Assembly (NCBI GenBank): GCA_963753435.1
Contig: CAVWCF010000001.1
Coordinates: forward strand, 224,001-288,000
DNA length: 64,000 nt
Direction of reading: 5' to 3'
Origin: an uncultured Actinomycetota bacterium
GTDB lineage: Bacteria; Actinomycetota; Actinomycetes; CAVWCF01
Each line of letters begins with the position of its first letter. Position 1 is the first letter of the stretch. The notes below the pieces were generated by a model, which was not told where the DNA came from, searched no databases, and saw only the letters and a list, made by a program, of their open reading frames with translations. The translations under genes and the position numbers were made by a program. This document shows positions 18,531 to 28,604 of the stretch, in pieces.

Positions 18531-19676
18531 CTACGTGCCCAGGAGGTGTCGACCGATGACCATGCGCTGGATCTGGTTGGTTCCCTCCACGATCTGCAGC
18601 ACCTTGGCCTCTCGGAAGTACCGCTCCGCGGGGAAATCGCTGACGTAGCCGTAGCCGCCGAGGACCTGCACCGTGTCGGTGGTCACTCGCATCGCGGTGT
18701 CGGTGGCGAAGAGTTTCGCCATCGCGGCCGCGGCGCTGAAGGGCTTCCCAGAATCACGCAGCCGGGCCGCGTCCAAGTACAGAGCCCGGGCCGCGGCGAC
18801 CTGGGTGGCCATGTCCGCTAGCAGGAATTGCAGACCTTGGAAGCTGCCGATGGGACGGCCGAACTGCTCCCGCTGCCCGGCGTATTCAACGGCCAAGTCG
18901 AGGGCGGCTTGGGCCAGGCCCACCGCGCAGGCGGCGATGCCGAGTCGGCCGGCGTCCAGGGCAGCCAGGGCGATCTTGAACCCCTCCCCTTCGGCCCCGA
19001 TCAGCCGCGTTCGCGGGATGCGGGCCGCGTCCAGCACGATCGGTGTGGTCGGCGAGGTGGCAGCTCCCATCTTGCGTTCCGGACGCTGCACCGCCAAACC
19101 AGGTGTATCCGTGGCGGCAAACAGGCAGCTGATTCCAGCCGGCCCGGCTTCGCCGGTGCGGACCATCAGCGCGACGACGTCGGCGACCGAACCATGGGTG
19201 ATCCATGCCTTGGTGCCGGTTACCACGTAGTCGTCGCCATCAACGACGGCCGTTGTTGCCAATGACGCGGCGTCGGATCCGGACTGTGGCTCACTGAGCG
19301 CGTACGCGCCCAGTTGCTCGCCGGCCAGCATCGGGGGTAACCACTGGCTGCGCTGTTCGTCCGTTCCGAAGTTCGCAAGGGGAAAACACGAAAGCGTGTG
19401 GACGCTTACCCCGATGCCGACGGCCAGCCAGGCGGTGGCCAGTTCCTCGAGTACCTGCAGGTAGACCTCATATGACAGGGACCCGCCGCCGTACTCCTCC
19501 GGGTAGGGCAGTCCGAGCAGACCGGTCTGGCCCAGTGTCCGGTACACATCCGCCGGGAATCGGCCGGCGGCCTCGGCAGCGTCCACCGCCGGTCGCAATT
19601 CGGCATCGCAGATCTGCTGAACCAGTTCCAGCAACTGTTCGGAGTCGGCATCCGGCAGCCGTCGTGTCACGGGCAT
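18531..19676 (-). CDS. Acyl-CoA dehydrogenase
   Basis: YALSEPQSGSDA, GTKAWITHG, REQFGRPI..FQ, GGYGY, IVEGTNQIQR. Confidence 0.93.
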   Translation of the reverse strand: MPVTRRLPDADSEQLLELVQQICDAELRPAVDAAEAAGRFPADVYRTLGQTGLLGLPYPEEYGGGSLSYEVYLQVLEELATAWLAVGIGVSVHTLSCFPLANFGTDEQRSQWLPPMLAGEQLGAYALSEPQSGSDAASLATTAVVDGDDYVVTGTKAWITHGSVADVVALMVRTGEAGPAGISCLFAATDTPGLAVQRPERKMGAATSPTTPIVLDAARIPRTRLIGAEGEGFKIALAALDAGRLGIAACAVGLAQAALDLAVEYAGQREQFGRPIGSFQGLQFLLADMATQVAAARALYLDAARLRDSGKPFSAAAAMAKLFATDTAMRVTTDTVQVLGGYGYVSDFPAERYFREAKVLQIVEGTNQIQRMVIGRHLLGT

Positions 19677-19685
19677 CCGCTGCTC

Positions 19686-20786
19686 CTATCGGCTGAGTAC
19701 GTGCAGTTCGCGAGCAGTGTGGTTCAGACGCATGGGACCCGATTCGGTGCAGACCACGATGTCCTCGATGCGGGCGCCATGGCGCCCGGGTACGTAGAAG
19801 CCGGGTTCGACGGAGAAGGCGTCACCGACCTGCAGCGGGTCCCGATTGCCGGCGACGAGGTAGGGGTGCTCATGGGTCTCCACGCCGATACCGTGCCCGG
19901 TCCGGTGGATGAAGAACTCACCCAGGCCGGCGTCGGCAAGGACGCCGCGTGCAGCCGCGTCGACAGACTCCGCGGTCGCTCCGACCACGGCTGCGTTGAC
20001 TCCTGCCTCCTGGGCCGCCAGCAGGACCTCATAGGCCTCGGCGTACTCGCGGCTCGGCTCCCCCAGGTGGTACACGCGCGTGCTGTCGGAGCAGTAGCCG
20101 GCCGCAGTGGTGCCGCCGATGTCCACCACGACCGGATCCCCCACCCCGATGACCCGGTCGGAGACCTCATGATGCGGACTGGCGCTGTTCGGACCGGACG
20201 CCACGATGACGAAGTCAACGGTTTCGTGCCGCCCGCGAATCGCCTCGGCGATGTCGTGAGCCACGGCGCGCTCCGTGCGGCCCACCAGTAGCCACTCCCC
20301 CATCGCTGCATGCACCGCGTCGATGGCTGCGGCCGCCTCTTGCAGCGCCGCCACCTCCGCCGACGACTTGCGGCGGCGGAGGTCGTTGAGGACTGACCCG
20401 GCCAGCGTCGGTGTCGTATTCAGCGACGCGGCCAGCCGAAGGAGCGATCGGGCCTGCATGGCGTCGTCCACGGCGACGCGGGCTCCGGTGCCAATTAGCT
20501 CCGCCACCAAGGCATACGGATCATCCGTCTCCGCCCACGGCTGGATCGCAACGCCTAGACGTTCGGCGCCGGAGGCTTCAGCCGCTGGCGCCTCCAACTC
20601 CGGTACAACAAGAGTTGCCGGTCCAGACGTGGGGACGACAAGACAGGTCAGCCGCTCCAAGGCGATGGCGTGGTAGCCGACGAGGTAGCGCAGGTCCGGT
20701 CCCGGACCGATGAGAAGCCCGTCGAGGCCGTGAGCGGTCAGCGACTGTTGGGCGCGTTGGAGACGGTCTTCGTCAACGGTCAGCAC
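19686..20786 (-). CDS. M24 family Xaa-Pro peptidase
   Basis: SPHH, VDIGG...GYCSDSTR, HRTGHGIG...HEHP, SVEPG.Y, RIEDIV. Confidence 0.92.
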   Translation of the reverse strand: MLTVDEDRLQRAQQSLTAHGLDGLLIGPGPDLRYLVGYHAIALERLTCLVVPTSGPATLVVPELEAPAAEASGAERLGVAIQPWAETDDPYALVAELIGTGARVAVDDAMQARSLLRLAASLNTTPTLAGSVLNDLRRRKSSAEVAALQEAAAAIDAVHAAMGEWLLVGRTERAVAHDIAEAIRGRHETVDFVIVASGPNSASPHHEVSDRVIGVGDPVVVDIGGTTAAGYCSDSTRVYHLGEPSREYAEAYEVLLAAQEAGVNAAVVGATAESVDAAARGVLADAGLGEFFIHRTGHGIGVETHEHPYLVAGNRDPLQVGDAFSVEPGFYVPGRHGARIEDIVVCTESGPMRLNHTARELHVLSR

Positions 20787-20946
20787 GCGGCCACGTTAGT
20801 CCGACCCGGGGCGAACCGATGGCGGCGCTGACATCGAAGGCGAGGTTGTTTGGGTTGGCAGCCAAGAAGTTGGCTCCCAATGATGCTTTGAACTCCATGA
20901 ATGCGCTGTCGTGGAGTGGGAGGATCCTCCAGACATAGGGGAACCT

Positions 20947-21423
20947 TTGAGAACGTCTGTTGCAGTTGCCGCGATCGCTTCTCTCGTGCTGCTGGCGGGA
21001 TGCGAAGCTGAGGGCGTTGCGAGCGACCCCCCGACGAGCGCCGCACCATCGGCTTCTGCGACACCTTCGAAGTCGGCGGCGACCGTCTCGCCGTACGCCT
21101 CGACGGTGTCAGAGTGGGCAGGGAACTTCCGCGACGCCTACGCAAAGTATGAGGAGGCGGCGCTTGGCGGCGACCCGCTAGCGGGGCTCGCGGCGGCGAC
21201 GGTGAGCAACCTATGCGAGGTCATCTACGGGCAACTCTCAGCCCTCAACTCGATTGAGTTCGCTCCGCCGGCCGAGGAATTGGATCTAGTCGTGCAAACC
21301 CGGGCGGACCTCAAGGACTGCGGTGAATCCGATCCCGACGATGCAGTTGCGTTCCGCGTCGCCGCAGACGAAGTGGAGGGCGATCTCGACGCTTGGGCGC
21401 CCTACGGCGTTCCGGCCGGATAG
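20947..21423 (+). CDS. Hypothetical lipoprotein
   Basis: AGGGGA SD then TTG 20947; signal peptide with lipobox LAGC, Ser/Pro/Ala linker, acidic helical domain. No family recognised. Confidence 0.6.
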   Translation: MRTSVAVAAIASLVLLAGCEAEGVASDPPTSAAPSASATPSKSAATVSPYASTVSEWAGNFRDAYAKYEEAALGGDPLAGLAAATVSNLCEVIYGQLSALNSIEFAPPAEELDLVVQTRADLKDCGESDPDDAVAFRVAADEVEGDLDAWAPYGVPAG

Positions 21424-21478
21424 GAGCGACGGCTCTTGTTCCGCAACGTCGGGTAGGGCTTCCGCCTAATCTCCTTCC

Positions 21479-22408
21479 GTGGCTCATCGCCCTGAGAAGA
21501 TTGCTCTTCTTGACTCCGCGTCGCTGTACTTCCGCGCCTTCTTCGGCGTGCCCACATCGACGGTGGCTCCGGACGGGACCCCGGTGAACGCGGTTCGGGG
21601 CTTCCTGGACATGGTGGCAACGCTGGTCACCCGATTCCAGCCGACCGATCTCGTGGCCTGCTGGGACGATGACTGGCGGCCGCAGTGGCGCGTAGACCTG
21701 ATCCCGGGATACAAGGCTCACCGCGTGGCCGACGGTGGCTCAGACAGCGTCGAAGAGGTACCCGACCTGCTCGAACCGCAGGTTCCGATCATCGCCGAAG
21801 CCCTGGCCGCCCTGGGGCTGGCCCGGGTCGGAGCACCCGGTTACGAAGCCGATGACGTCATCGGGACCTACGCAACAGCGGCCACCATTCCCGTCGACGT
21901 AGTAACTGGGGATCGGGACCTCTTCCAGCTCGTCGACGACCCCCGACAGGTGCGTGTCGTATACACGGGCAAGGGCGTCAACCGCGCTGAACTGGTGAAC
22001 GAAGCCTGGCTGCGGGCCAAGTACGGGGTCGACGGTCCGGGGTACGCCGACCTCGCTGTCCTGCGCGGCGACCCGTCCGACGGGCTGCCGGGCGTGCGGG
22101 GTATCGGGGAGAAGACAGCGGCCGGGCTGCTGGAGCGCTTCGGAACCTTGGACGACCTCCTGGCGGCGGTGGCGGCCGGTGAGGACGTGCCCAAGGCGGC
22201 CGCTCTGCGTGAGGCGAGCGAGTACCTGGCGGCAGCTCAGCGCGTTGTGGCTGTTGCCACCGACGTCCAGTTGCCGGATGTGCCCACGCGCATCCCGCAA
22301 CAGCCGGCTCATCCGGAGAGATGGGCGGACCTGATTCAGCGCTGGGGGCTTGGCGGCAGCGCCACCCGGGTGGAAGCGGCGCTCTTCGGTCACAACACCG
22401 AGGTGTAG
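21479..22408 (+). CDS. 5'-3' exonuclease/flap endonuclease (PolI N-terminal-like)
   Basis: LLDSASLYFRAF, NAVRGF, YKAHR, EADDVIG, TGDRDLFQL, GDPSDGLPGV.GIGEKTA. Confidence 0.92.
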   Translation: MAHRPEKIALLDSASLYFRAFFGVPTSTVAPDGTPVNAVRGFLDMVATLVTRFQPTDLVACWDDDWRPQWRVDLIPGYKAHRVADGGSDSVEEVPDLLEPQVPIIAEALAALGLARVGAPGYEADDVIGTYATAATIPVDVVTGDRDLFQLVDDPRQVRVVYTGKGVNRAELVNEAWLRAKYGVDGPGYADLAVLRGDPSDGLPGVRGIGEKTAAGLLERFGTLDDLLAAVAAGEDVPKAAALREASEYLAAAQRVVAVATDVQLPDVPTRIPQQPAHPERWADLIQRWGLGGSATRVEAALFGHNTEV

Positions 22409-25078
22409 GCCACCACGCCGCGAAGCAACTGTTCGCGCGCTGCCCGAGCGGTCCGGCCCAACTCCGCCGGCGCCGCGTCCTCCACCTGACCCAGCAAGTC
22501 AGCCACCTGCTTGGTCCAGCGCACGAAGTCGCCGGCCGTCATCCCGGACTCGCTGAGGACCCGGTCCAACGTGGCGCCAGACGCCCAGCGGTGCACGGCC
22601 AGCACGAACCCGAGGTCCGGTTCGCGAACGAAGGACAGCCGATGGTCCTGCTCGGCTTCGCTGAGCCGTCCCCACAGCCGCACCGTCTCGGCCAGTGCGG
22701 TCTGCAACGACGTGCGCCCAGGCAGCCGGGGGCTCTCGGCTTCTGAGTCGCGCGCTTCGTACACGAGCACGGATACGCAGGCGGCGAGGTCTGCTGCGTC
22801 AAGTCCATCCCACAGTTGGGCACGGATGCATTCGCCGGTGAGCAGATCGTTCTCGCTGTACAGGTTGGCCAGCATCCGGCCCGACTCGGTTACCCGGTCC
22901 CCATCCAAGTAGCCAAGGCTCTGCAACAGTTCGCAGACCCGGTCGAAAGTGCGGGCAACGGTGTTGGTTCTGCCTTCGACCCTCCTGGCCAACCCTTCGG
23001 TCTCCCGACGCAGCCGCCAATACCGTTCCGCCCAGCGCGCGTGCGCCTCGCGATCGTCACAGCCGTGGCAAGGGTGGGCGCGGATCCGCCGCCGCAGATC
23101 CGTGATCAGTTGGTCGTCAGCGGCCTCGGAGCGTTGCCGGGTACGGCCCGGGGTTTCCAGTGCGCGCATGGTGGCAGCGAGATGGCGGCGTGCTTCGCGG
23201 TCCTTGCTGCGGAAATCCTTCGGCACCCGGACGCGTCCCAGCGGTTCCAGCGCCCCGGTCAACTCGGCAGCGTTGATCCGGCGCAGGCGCCCGGACTCGG
23301 TCAGCAGCAGCGGCCGCGGTGGGTTCACGTCGACGGCGAGGACGACGGCGCGGCCCGGCTCTGCGACCACCGGGCAAGGCGATCACGTCGCCGATTTTCA
23401 GCCGCTCCAGGGAGTCCACGGCCGCAGCGCGGCGCGCGGCTCCGGCGGCGCGGGCCAGGTCGTTCTCCCGGTCCTTGAGTTCGCGGCGCATGGCGGCGTA
23501 CTCGGCGAAGTCGCCGAGGTGGCAGGCCATGGCCTCCTCGTATCCGGCCAGCGCCTCTTCGTTGCGCTGCATCTGCGTGGCCAGCCCAACGACGGCCCGG
23601 TCCGCCTGGAACTGCGCGAAGGACTGCTCCAGGACCTCCCGGGCGGCGTGGCGGCCCATCTGCCCGACCAGGTTCACGGCCATGTTGTAGGAGGGGCGGA
23701 AGCTGGAACGCAGCGGATAGGTGCGGGTCGAGGCCAGACCGGCGGCGGCCTGCGGATCGAACCCTGGTTGCCACACCACGACGGCGTTGCCCTCTACGTC
23801 GATGCCACGCCGACCGGCGCGGCCGGTCAACTGCGTGTACTCCCCCGGGGTCAAGTCGACATGGGCTTCGCCGTTGAACTTCACGAGCCGTTCCAGGACG
23901 ACTGCGCGGGCGGGCATGTTGATCCCAAGGGCCAGAGTTTCGGTGGCGAAGACGGCCTTGACCAGGCCCCGCTGGAAGAGATCCTCAACGACTTCCTTGA
24001 ACGTGGGCAGCAACCCAGCGTGGTGGCTGGCCAGCCCACGTTCGAGCGCGTCCAGCCACGGCCCGTACTGCAGCGCTGCCAAGTCCGCGTCCTCAAGTCC
24101 CGCGGTGCGGTCCTCGGCGATCTCGCGGATCTGCTCGCGTTCGGCCGGAGTGGTCAGCCGTAGCCCAGCGCGTGCGCACTGTTCCACCGCGGCATCGCAC
24201 CCGGCCCTGGAGAAGATGAAGGTGATCGCGGGCAGCAGGTGCTCCCGGTCCAGGCGTTCGATCACGTCGACTCGGCTGGGGGTGTGGATGGACCTGGGGC
24301 GCCGCCCCCCGCGTTGGGGCCGCTTTCCACCCCACTGCACGGCCTGGCGATCCTCGCGTGCCAGTCGCACCAGATCCGGGTTGATGACCTGCTGCTCGTC
24401 GTCGACGAACAGGTCCCGAAGGTGGTTGCCGGTCATTACCTGCTGCCACAGCGGCACCGGCCGGTGTTCCTCGAGCACAACCTCGGTGTGCCCGCGCACC
24501 GTAACCAGCCAGTCAGCGAACTCCTCCGCGTTGCTAACCGTCGCCGACAGGCTCACCAACCGCACATCGGCGGGAAGATGGATGATCACCTCCTCCCAGA
24601 CCGCACCGCGAAAGCGATCAGCCAGGTAATGCACCTCGTCCATCACGACGTAGCCGAGGCCGGCGAGCGTGGGCGAGTCGGCGTACAGCATGTTGCGTAG
24701 GACCTCGGTGGTCATGACGACCACCGGTGCCTCACCGTTGAGCGAGTTGTCCCCCGTCAGCAGCCCCACCTTGTCGATGCCGTGCCGCTCGACCAGGTCG
24801 TGGTACTTCTGATTGGACAGTGCCTTGATCGGGGTCGTGTAGAAGGCCTTGCGTCCCGTTGCCAGCGCCAGGTGCACCGCGAACTCGCCGACGACGGTCT
24901 TGCCGGCGCCAGTGGGTGCACAGACCAGAACGCTGCGCCCGTGCTGCAGTGCCTCGCACGCGGTCTCCTGGAATCCGTCCAGACCGAACGGGTAGCCCTC
25001 ACGAAAGCGACCCAACTCGGTCCGGGCCTCGGCAGTGCGCCTGCGGGCCGCGGCGTACCGCTCCGCCGGCGACGTCAT
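22390..25078 (-). pseudogene. helY: HelY (Ski2-like DEAD/DEAH RNA helicase), split by a 1-nt frameshift near 23354 (pseudogene or sequencing error)
   Basis: The N-terminal ORF has APTGAGKT, DEVH, SAT, ATETLA and QLTGRAGRRG. The C-terminal DSHCT part (GDFVRW.KQ..DLL.Q) is in a different frame. Confidence 0.85.
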
Positions 25079-25087
25079 GAGGCCAGG

Positions 25088-25996
25088 CTAAGCCGGACCG
25101 GGGGCGTACACCCGAAGCGCGCCCGGGATCGCTTCCGCGGACACTGGCAGCGGCCCGATTCGCTCCCCGTCGGCGTATGCCAGCCCGCCGGGCGCGGACA
25201 CCTGCACCTTCCGGGCACGGTGATAGTCCACGGCCGGATGCTGCAAGTGGGTACCGGCGTAAACACGCGGGAAGACCCGCAGGAACTCCGCCTTGCTGAT
25301 CTCGTTGACAACGGTCACATCCAGCAAGCCGTCATCGAGGTCGGCGTGCGGGCACACCCGCATGCCGCCGCCGTAACAGGGACCGTTGCCGACCGCCACG
25401 AGCATCATCGGCCCGGCGACGGTCCGCTCGTCCAAGGTGATCTCGAAGGGCATGGGTCGAAACACCTTCATTTCGGCCAGCATCGCGGCCACGTAACGCA
25501 GTGTTCCCGGACCGCGCCGCATCTGGTTGGCCCGTTCGTTGGCCAGCGCGTCGAACCCGCAGGCCATAACCCCGGCGAACCACCGATCCCCCACTTTGGC
25601 GGCATCCACCGAGATCCAATCGCCGGACAAGATGATGGCGATGGCGGCAGCGATGTCATTGCTGGGGATGCCAAAGCTGGTGGCGATGTCGTTGCCTGTG
25701 CCGGCGGGCACGATGCCCAGTGGGACCTCGGTTCCGCTGACCTCCTGTAGTGCCAGGTGCACCAGCCCGTCGCCGCCGACGGCCACGACGGCATCCGGTT
25801 TGGCAGCCATAGCCGCGGTCAGAGCAGTTCGCGTTGCGGCTTCATCCGTTCCCCAGGCCGCGGTCACGGCGACTCCGGCGCGTTGCAGCAACTGCGCGGC
25901 CCGACGGCCCACATGGCGCCCGCTGGATCTCTTGCTGGAGGGATTGACGACGAGTGCAACGGTTGCCGGGGGCTCGGCGATCAGCCGCTCACTCAT
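25088..25996 (-). CDS. Diacylglycerol/lipid kinase family (YegS/BmrU-like)
   Basis: VVNPSS, VGGDG, PAGTGND, GNGPCYGGG, YADGE. Confidence 0.9.
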   Translation of the reverse strand: MSERLIAEPPATVALVVNPSSKRSSGRHVGRRAAQLLQRAGVAVTAAWGTDEAATRTALTAAMAAKPDAVVAVGGDGLVHLALQEVSGTEVPLGIVPAGTGNDIATSFGIPSNDIAAAIAIILSGDWISVDAAKVGDRWFAGVMACGFDALANERANQMRRGPGTLRYVAAMLAEMKVFRPMPFEITLDERTVAGPMMLVAVGNGPCYGGGMRVCPHADLDDGLLDVTVVNEISKAEFLRVFPRVYAGTHLQHPAVDYHRARKVQVSAPGGLAYADGERIGPLPVSAEAIPGALRVYAPGPA

Positions 25997-26891
25997 CGTG
26001 ACCGCGCCGTTCGGGTGCGGCCGAGTCATCTTGAGCGGACCCGGACTGGTCCAGGTCCAAGGGGCTGGCCTCATCGTCGCTCAGTTGGTGCAGCGGATCG
26101 GCTGCGTCTCGGCGCGCTCGACGTCGGTCGTTCAGTGCCGCTATGCCCAGGCTGATCGCCAGCAGGAGCAGCATCGGGCCGGCCAGCAAGGCCATCGTCA
26201 GCGGATCCCCCGTCGGCGTGGCAACCGCGGCGAAAACGAAGACGCCGAAGATCAGGATGCGCCACCAGCGCGCCAGCGTGCCGGCGCTGAGTACGCCGGC
26301 AGCGTTCAGTCCGACGACGAATACCGGGAGCAGGAAGGCGATCCCGAACACGAGCGCAAGGCGCAGGAGGAACGACAGGTACCGGTCGACGGCAACGAGG
26401 TTGCTAACCCCCTCGGGCGTGAAGCCCAGCAGCAGGGACAACCCCTGGGGCAGGACCCAGTAGGAGACCCACACTCCCAACAGGAACAGCGGCACGGCGG
26501 CGGCAGTGAAACCCAGTGCCCAGCGGCGCTCGTTGCGGAGCAGCCCCGGGGTGACGAAGCCCCACAACTGGTAGATCCAGATGGGCGAGGCCAGGACCAG
26601 GCCGGCAACCGCAGCCACCTTGAGTTGGAGGACGAAGGGATCGGTGATCCCGGTGAGGGTCAGGCGGACGTCCAGGCCCTGCTCGGCAACCGCGTCCTGC
26701 AGGTCATCGAAGGGGCCGCGAATGAACTCAAAGATCTGCGGGTAGAGGATCCAGCCGACAACGGCCCCGACCACGATCGCCAGTCCGGCGATGAGCAGCC
26801 GCCGCCGCAACTCCCGCAGGTGGTCGGCCAGGGGCATGGAACCGTCGGTGCGACCCCGACGCCCTTCGGGCCGACGTGACGTTGTGGTCAC
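25989..26891 (-). CDS. tatC: Twin-arginine translocase subunit TatC
   Basis: MPLADHLRELRRR, PIWIYQLWGFVTPGL..NE, AAVATPTGDP; start position approximate. Confidence 0.95.
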   Translation of the reverse strand: MTTTSRRPEGRRGRTDGSMPLADHLRELRRRLLIAGLAIVVGAVVGWILYPQIFEFIRGPFDDLQDAVAEQGLDVRLTLTGITDPFVLQLKVAAVAGLVLASPIWIYQLWGFVTPGLLRNERRWALGFTAAAVPLFLLGVWVSYWVLPQGLSLLLGFTPEGVSNLVAVDRYLSFLLRLALVFGIAFLLPVFVVGLNAAGVLSAGTLARWWRILIFGVFVFAAVATPTGDPLTMALLAGPMLLLLAISLGIAALNDRRRARRDAADPLHQLSDDEASPLDLDQSGSAQDDSAAPERRGHDE

Positions 26892-26904
26892 CGCCGGGTT
26901 GCGG

Positions 26905-27156
26905 TCAGCGGTCGGAGTCTGAGTCGGAACGGCGTTCCGAAGCTGCGTCCGCGGTTGGGGCCGGTGGTTGGGCTGGTGCCTGGTCGGCGGACCGCGGCTC
27001 ATCGGTGTCGTCGTTAAGCCCCTTCGTCTCCGCCTTGAAGATTCGCAGGGACCGACCCATTCCCCTGGCCATGTCCGGCAGCCGCTTGGCGCCGAACAGC
27101 AGCAAGATGATGAACAGGAGGATCAGGATCTCCGGCGCACCGAAGTTGCGGAACAT
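26905..27156 (-). CDS. tatA: Twin-arginine translocase subunit TatA
   Basis: [33 protein letters not shown]. Confidence 0.95.
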   Translation of the reverse strand: MFRNFGAPEILILLFIILLLFGAKRLPDMARGMGRSLRIFKAETKGLNDDTDEPRSADQAPAQPPAPTADAASERRSDSDSDR

Positions 27157-27235
27157 CAGACCACTCCTAACAGCAGGGTCACAAACGTATCCGCATCAGT
27201 CTAATGCTGTTCCAGGTCCGCGGGGCGGGTACTGA

Positions 27236-27562
27236 TCAGGGGCGCGCCAGAAGCGGCGCGATCACGTCTGCGCTGCCGTTGAGCCAAAGGGCGAAATCGA
27301 GCAGGTCGTCGTAGACCAGCGGTGGCCCCTCATGCGGCTCCATCGCCTCCGCCGGGATGTGCCACGGCTCCGCCGGAACTCCCCCGGAGGTCAGCAACGC
27401 GATCACCTCGGAGTCGGCGTGCTTGCGCACCTCATCACCGCAATCCGGGCACAGGAACGAGTAGTAGGACCACTCGGTGCGGGTGCAAACGACCAAGCGG
27501 AGCTGGCGCGGCTTCAGGCTCACGTCGCCACAGTCGGGGCAGGCTGCCTTGATGGTGGTCAT
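27236..27562 (-). CDS. Hypothetical protein with two CPDC motifs (putative zinc ribbon)
   Basis: GGAGGT SD; ACPDCG...FLCPDCG, C-terminal GPPLVYDDLLDF; high-GC3 codon usage. Confidence 0.75.
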   Translation of the reverse strand: MTTIKAACPDCGDVSLKPRQLRLVVCTRTEWSYYSFLCPDCGDEVRKHADSEVIALLTSGGVPAEPWHIPAEAMEPHEGPPLVYDDLLDFALWLNGSADVIAPLLARP

Positions 27563-27610
27563 CGCGGCACCTCCTGTCGTTCAGCGGGTTGTGCTGGTCC
27601 CTCCGACACG

Positions 27611-27637
27611 TTCGGCACCGCGACGACCAACCTTGAG
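27611..27637 (-). promoter_or_regulatory. Putative sigma-28 (FliA/WhiG)-type promoter for the CPDC protein
   Basis: Minus strand CTCA-N17-GCCGAA, about 50 bp upstream of the start codon. Confidence 0.4.
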
Positions 27638-27676
27638 CCGCTGACTACGCCAGGAGCGCTACTCGGCTCGCCGCCC

Positions 27677-28603
27677 CTAGGGGTATTGGGCCAGTGCGCT
27701 GCCGGCCTCGTGGCGAACCTGCTGGGCCAGTTCCGGTGGGTCGACCACCTTCGCAGCGCCGGCCAGGCGCAACACCAACCGACGTAGCCAGGCCGATGAC
27801 GGCGAGGTGACCACCACCCGCAGGCCGCCGTCAGGCAGTTCCGCAGAACTCTCCACTGGCACGTACTCAGGCAACCAGCGTGCCGACGGCTGGAGGTCCA
27901 GCACGGCCCGAAGGTCCGAGTCCGCAGCAACGTATGTCGGTGGCGGCGGCTGTGGTCGATCCGGTTCGGCCAAGTCCGGCAGCACTTCTGCCGCCGCGAT
28001 GCGGTCCATTCGGAACGTCCGCACTGACTGAGCCAGATGGCACCACCCCTGCAGGTAGCGGTGGCCGTCGGCGGTCACGATCCGCAGCGGGTCCACGTCC
28101 CGCCGAGTTGGTTCGTCTCGATTGGCCGCGTGATACGTGAAGCGGACGCGATGGCCGGAGTCGAGCGCGGTGAGGATGACGTCCTCCCCCGGCGCGACCA
28201 CTGGTTCATCCAGCGCGGTGGGCAAATCCCCCTGGACCACCGCCTCGAGTTTGGCCAAGGCGGAATCGACCGACCTGCGTGTGGCCAACTCGGTGTTACC
28301 GGCCAGATGACGCAGCCCCAAGATCAACGACGCCGCTTCGTCCGGGCGAAGGGTCAACGGCCGATCCAGCCCTTGTGGCTCAAGGACGGTCACGCAGTCC
28401 TCGTCCAGGAAATCCAGATCGATGCACCACTCCGGGTGCCCGGGGATCTCCGCGACGAACATCGTGCCCAGGATCCGATCCAACTGACCCACAGTGATTC
28501 CGAACTGACTCGCTGCGTCGGACTTGGCAACTCCGGGGTGCGCCGCCAGCCAGGGCAGCAGCGAAAGCATCAACTCGACGCGCGCCGTCGCGGTCAACGC
28601 CAT
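27677..28603 (-). CDS. pafC: WYL-domain transcriptional regulator PafC
   Basis: N-terminal wHTH (LLPWLAAHPGV), RPLTL...EA, WYL RDVDPLRI...YLQGWC...RTFRMDRI; follows pafB. Confidence 0.9.
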   Translation of the reverse strand: MALTATARVELMLSLLPWLAAHPGVAKSDAASQFGITVGQLDRILGTMFVAEIPGHPEWCIDLDFLDEDCVTVLEPQGLDRPLTLRPDEAASLILGLRHLAGNTELATRRSVDSALAKLEAVVQGDLPTALDEPVVAPGEDVILTALDSGHRVRFTYHAANRDEPTRRDVDPLRIVTADGHRYLQGWCHLAQSVRTFRMDRIAAAEVLPDLAEPDRPQPPPPTYVAADSDLRAVLDLQPSARWLPEYVPVESSAELPDGGLRVVVTSPSSAWLRRLVLRLAGAAKVVDPPELAQQVRHEAGSALAQYP

Positions 28604-28604
28604 C

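Noticed and set aside
23117-23353. Arg-rich C-terminus of the 653-aa helicase ORF as a real domain, or programmed frameshifting
   Set aside because: It is out-of-frame read-through after the indel; no slippery heptamer is evident.
27590-27610. TGTCGG on the minus strand as a PafBC promoter for the CPDC gene
   Set aside because: The hexamer 10 nt downstream is ACAACC, not TANNNT.
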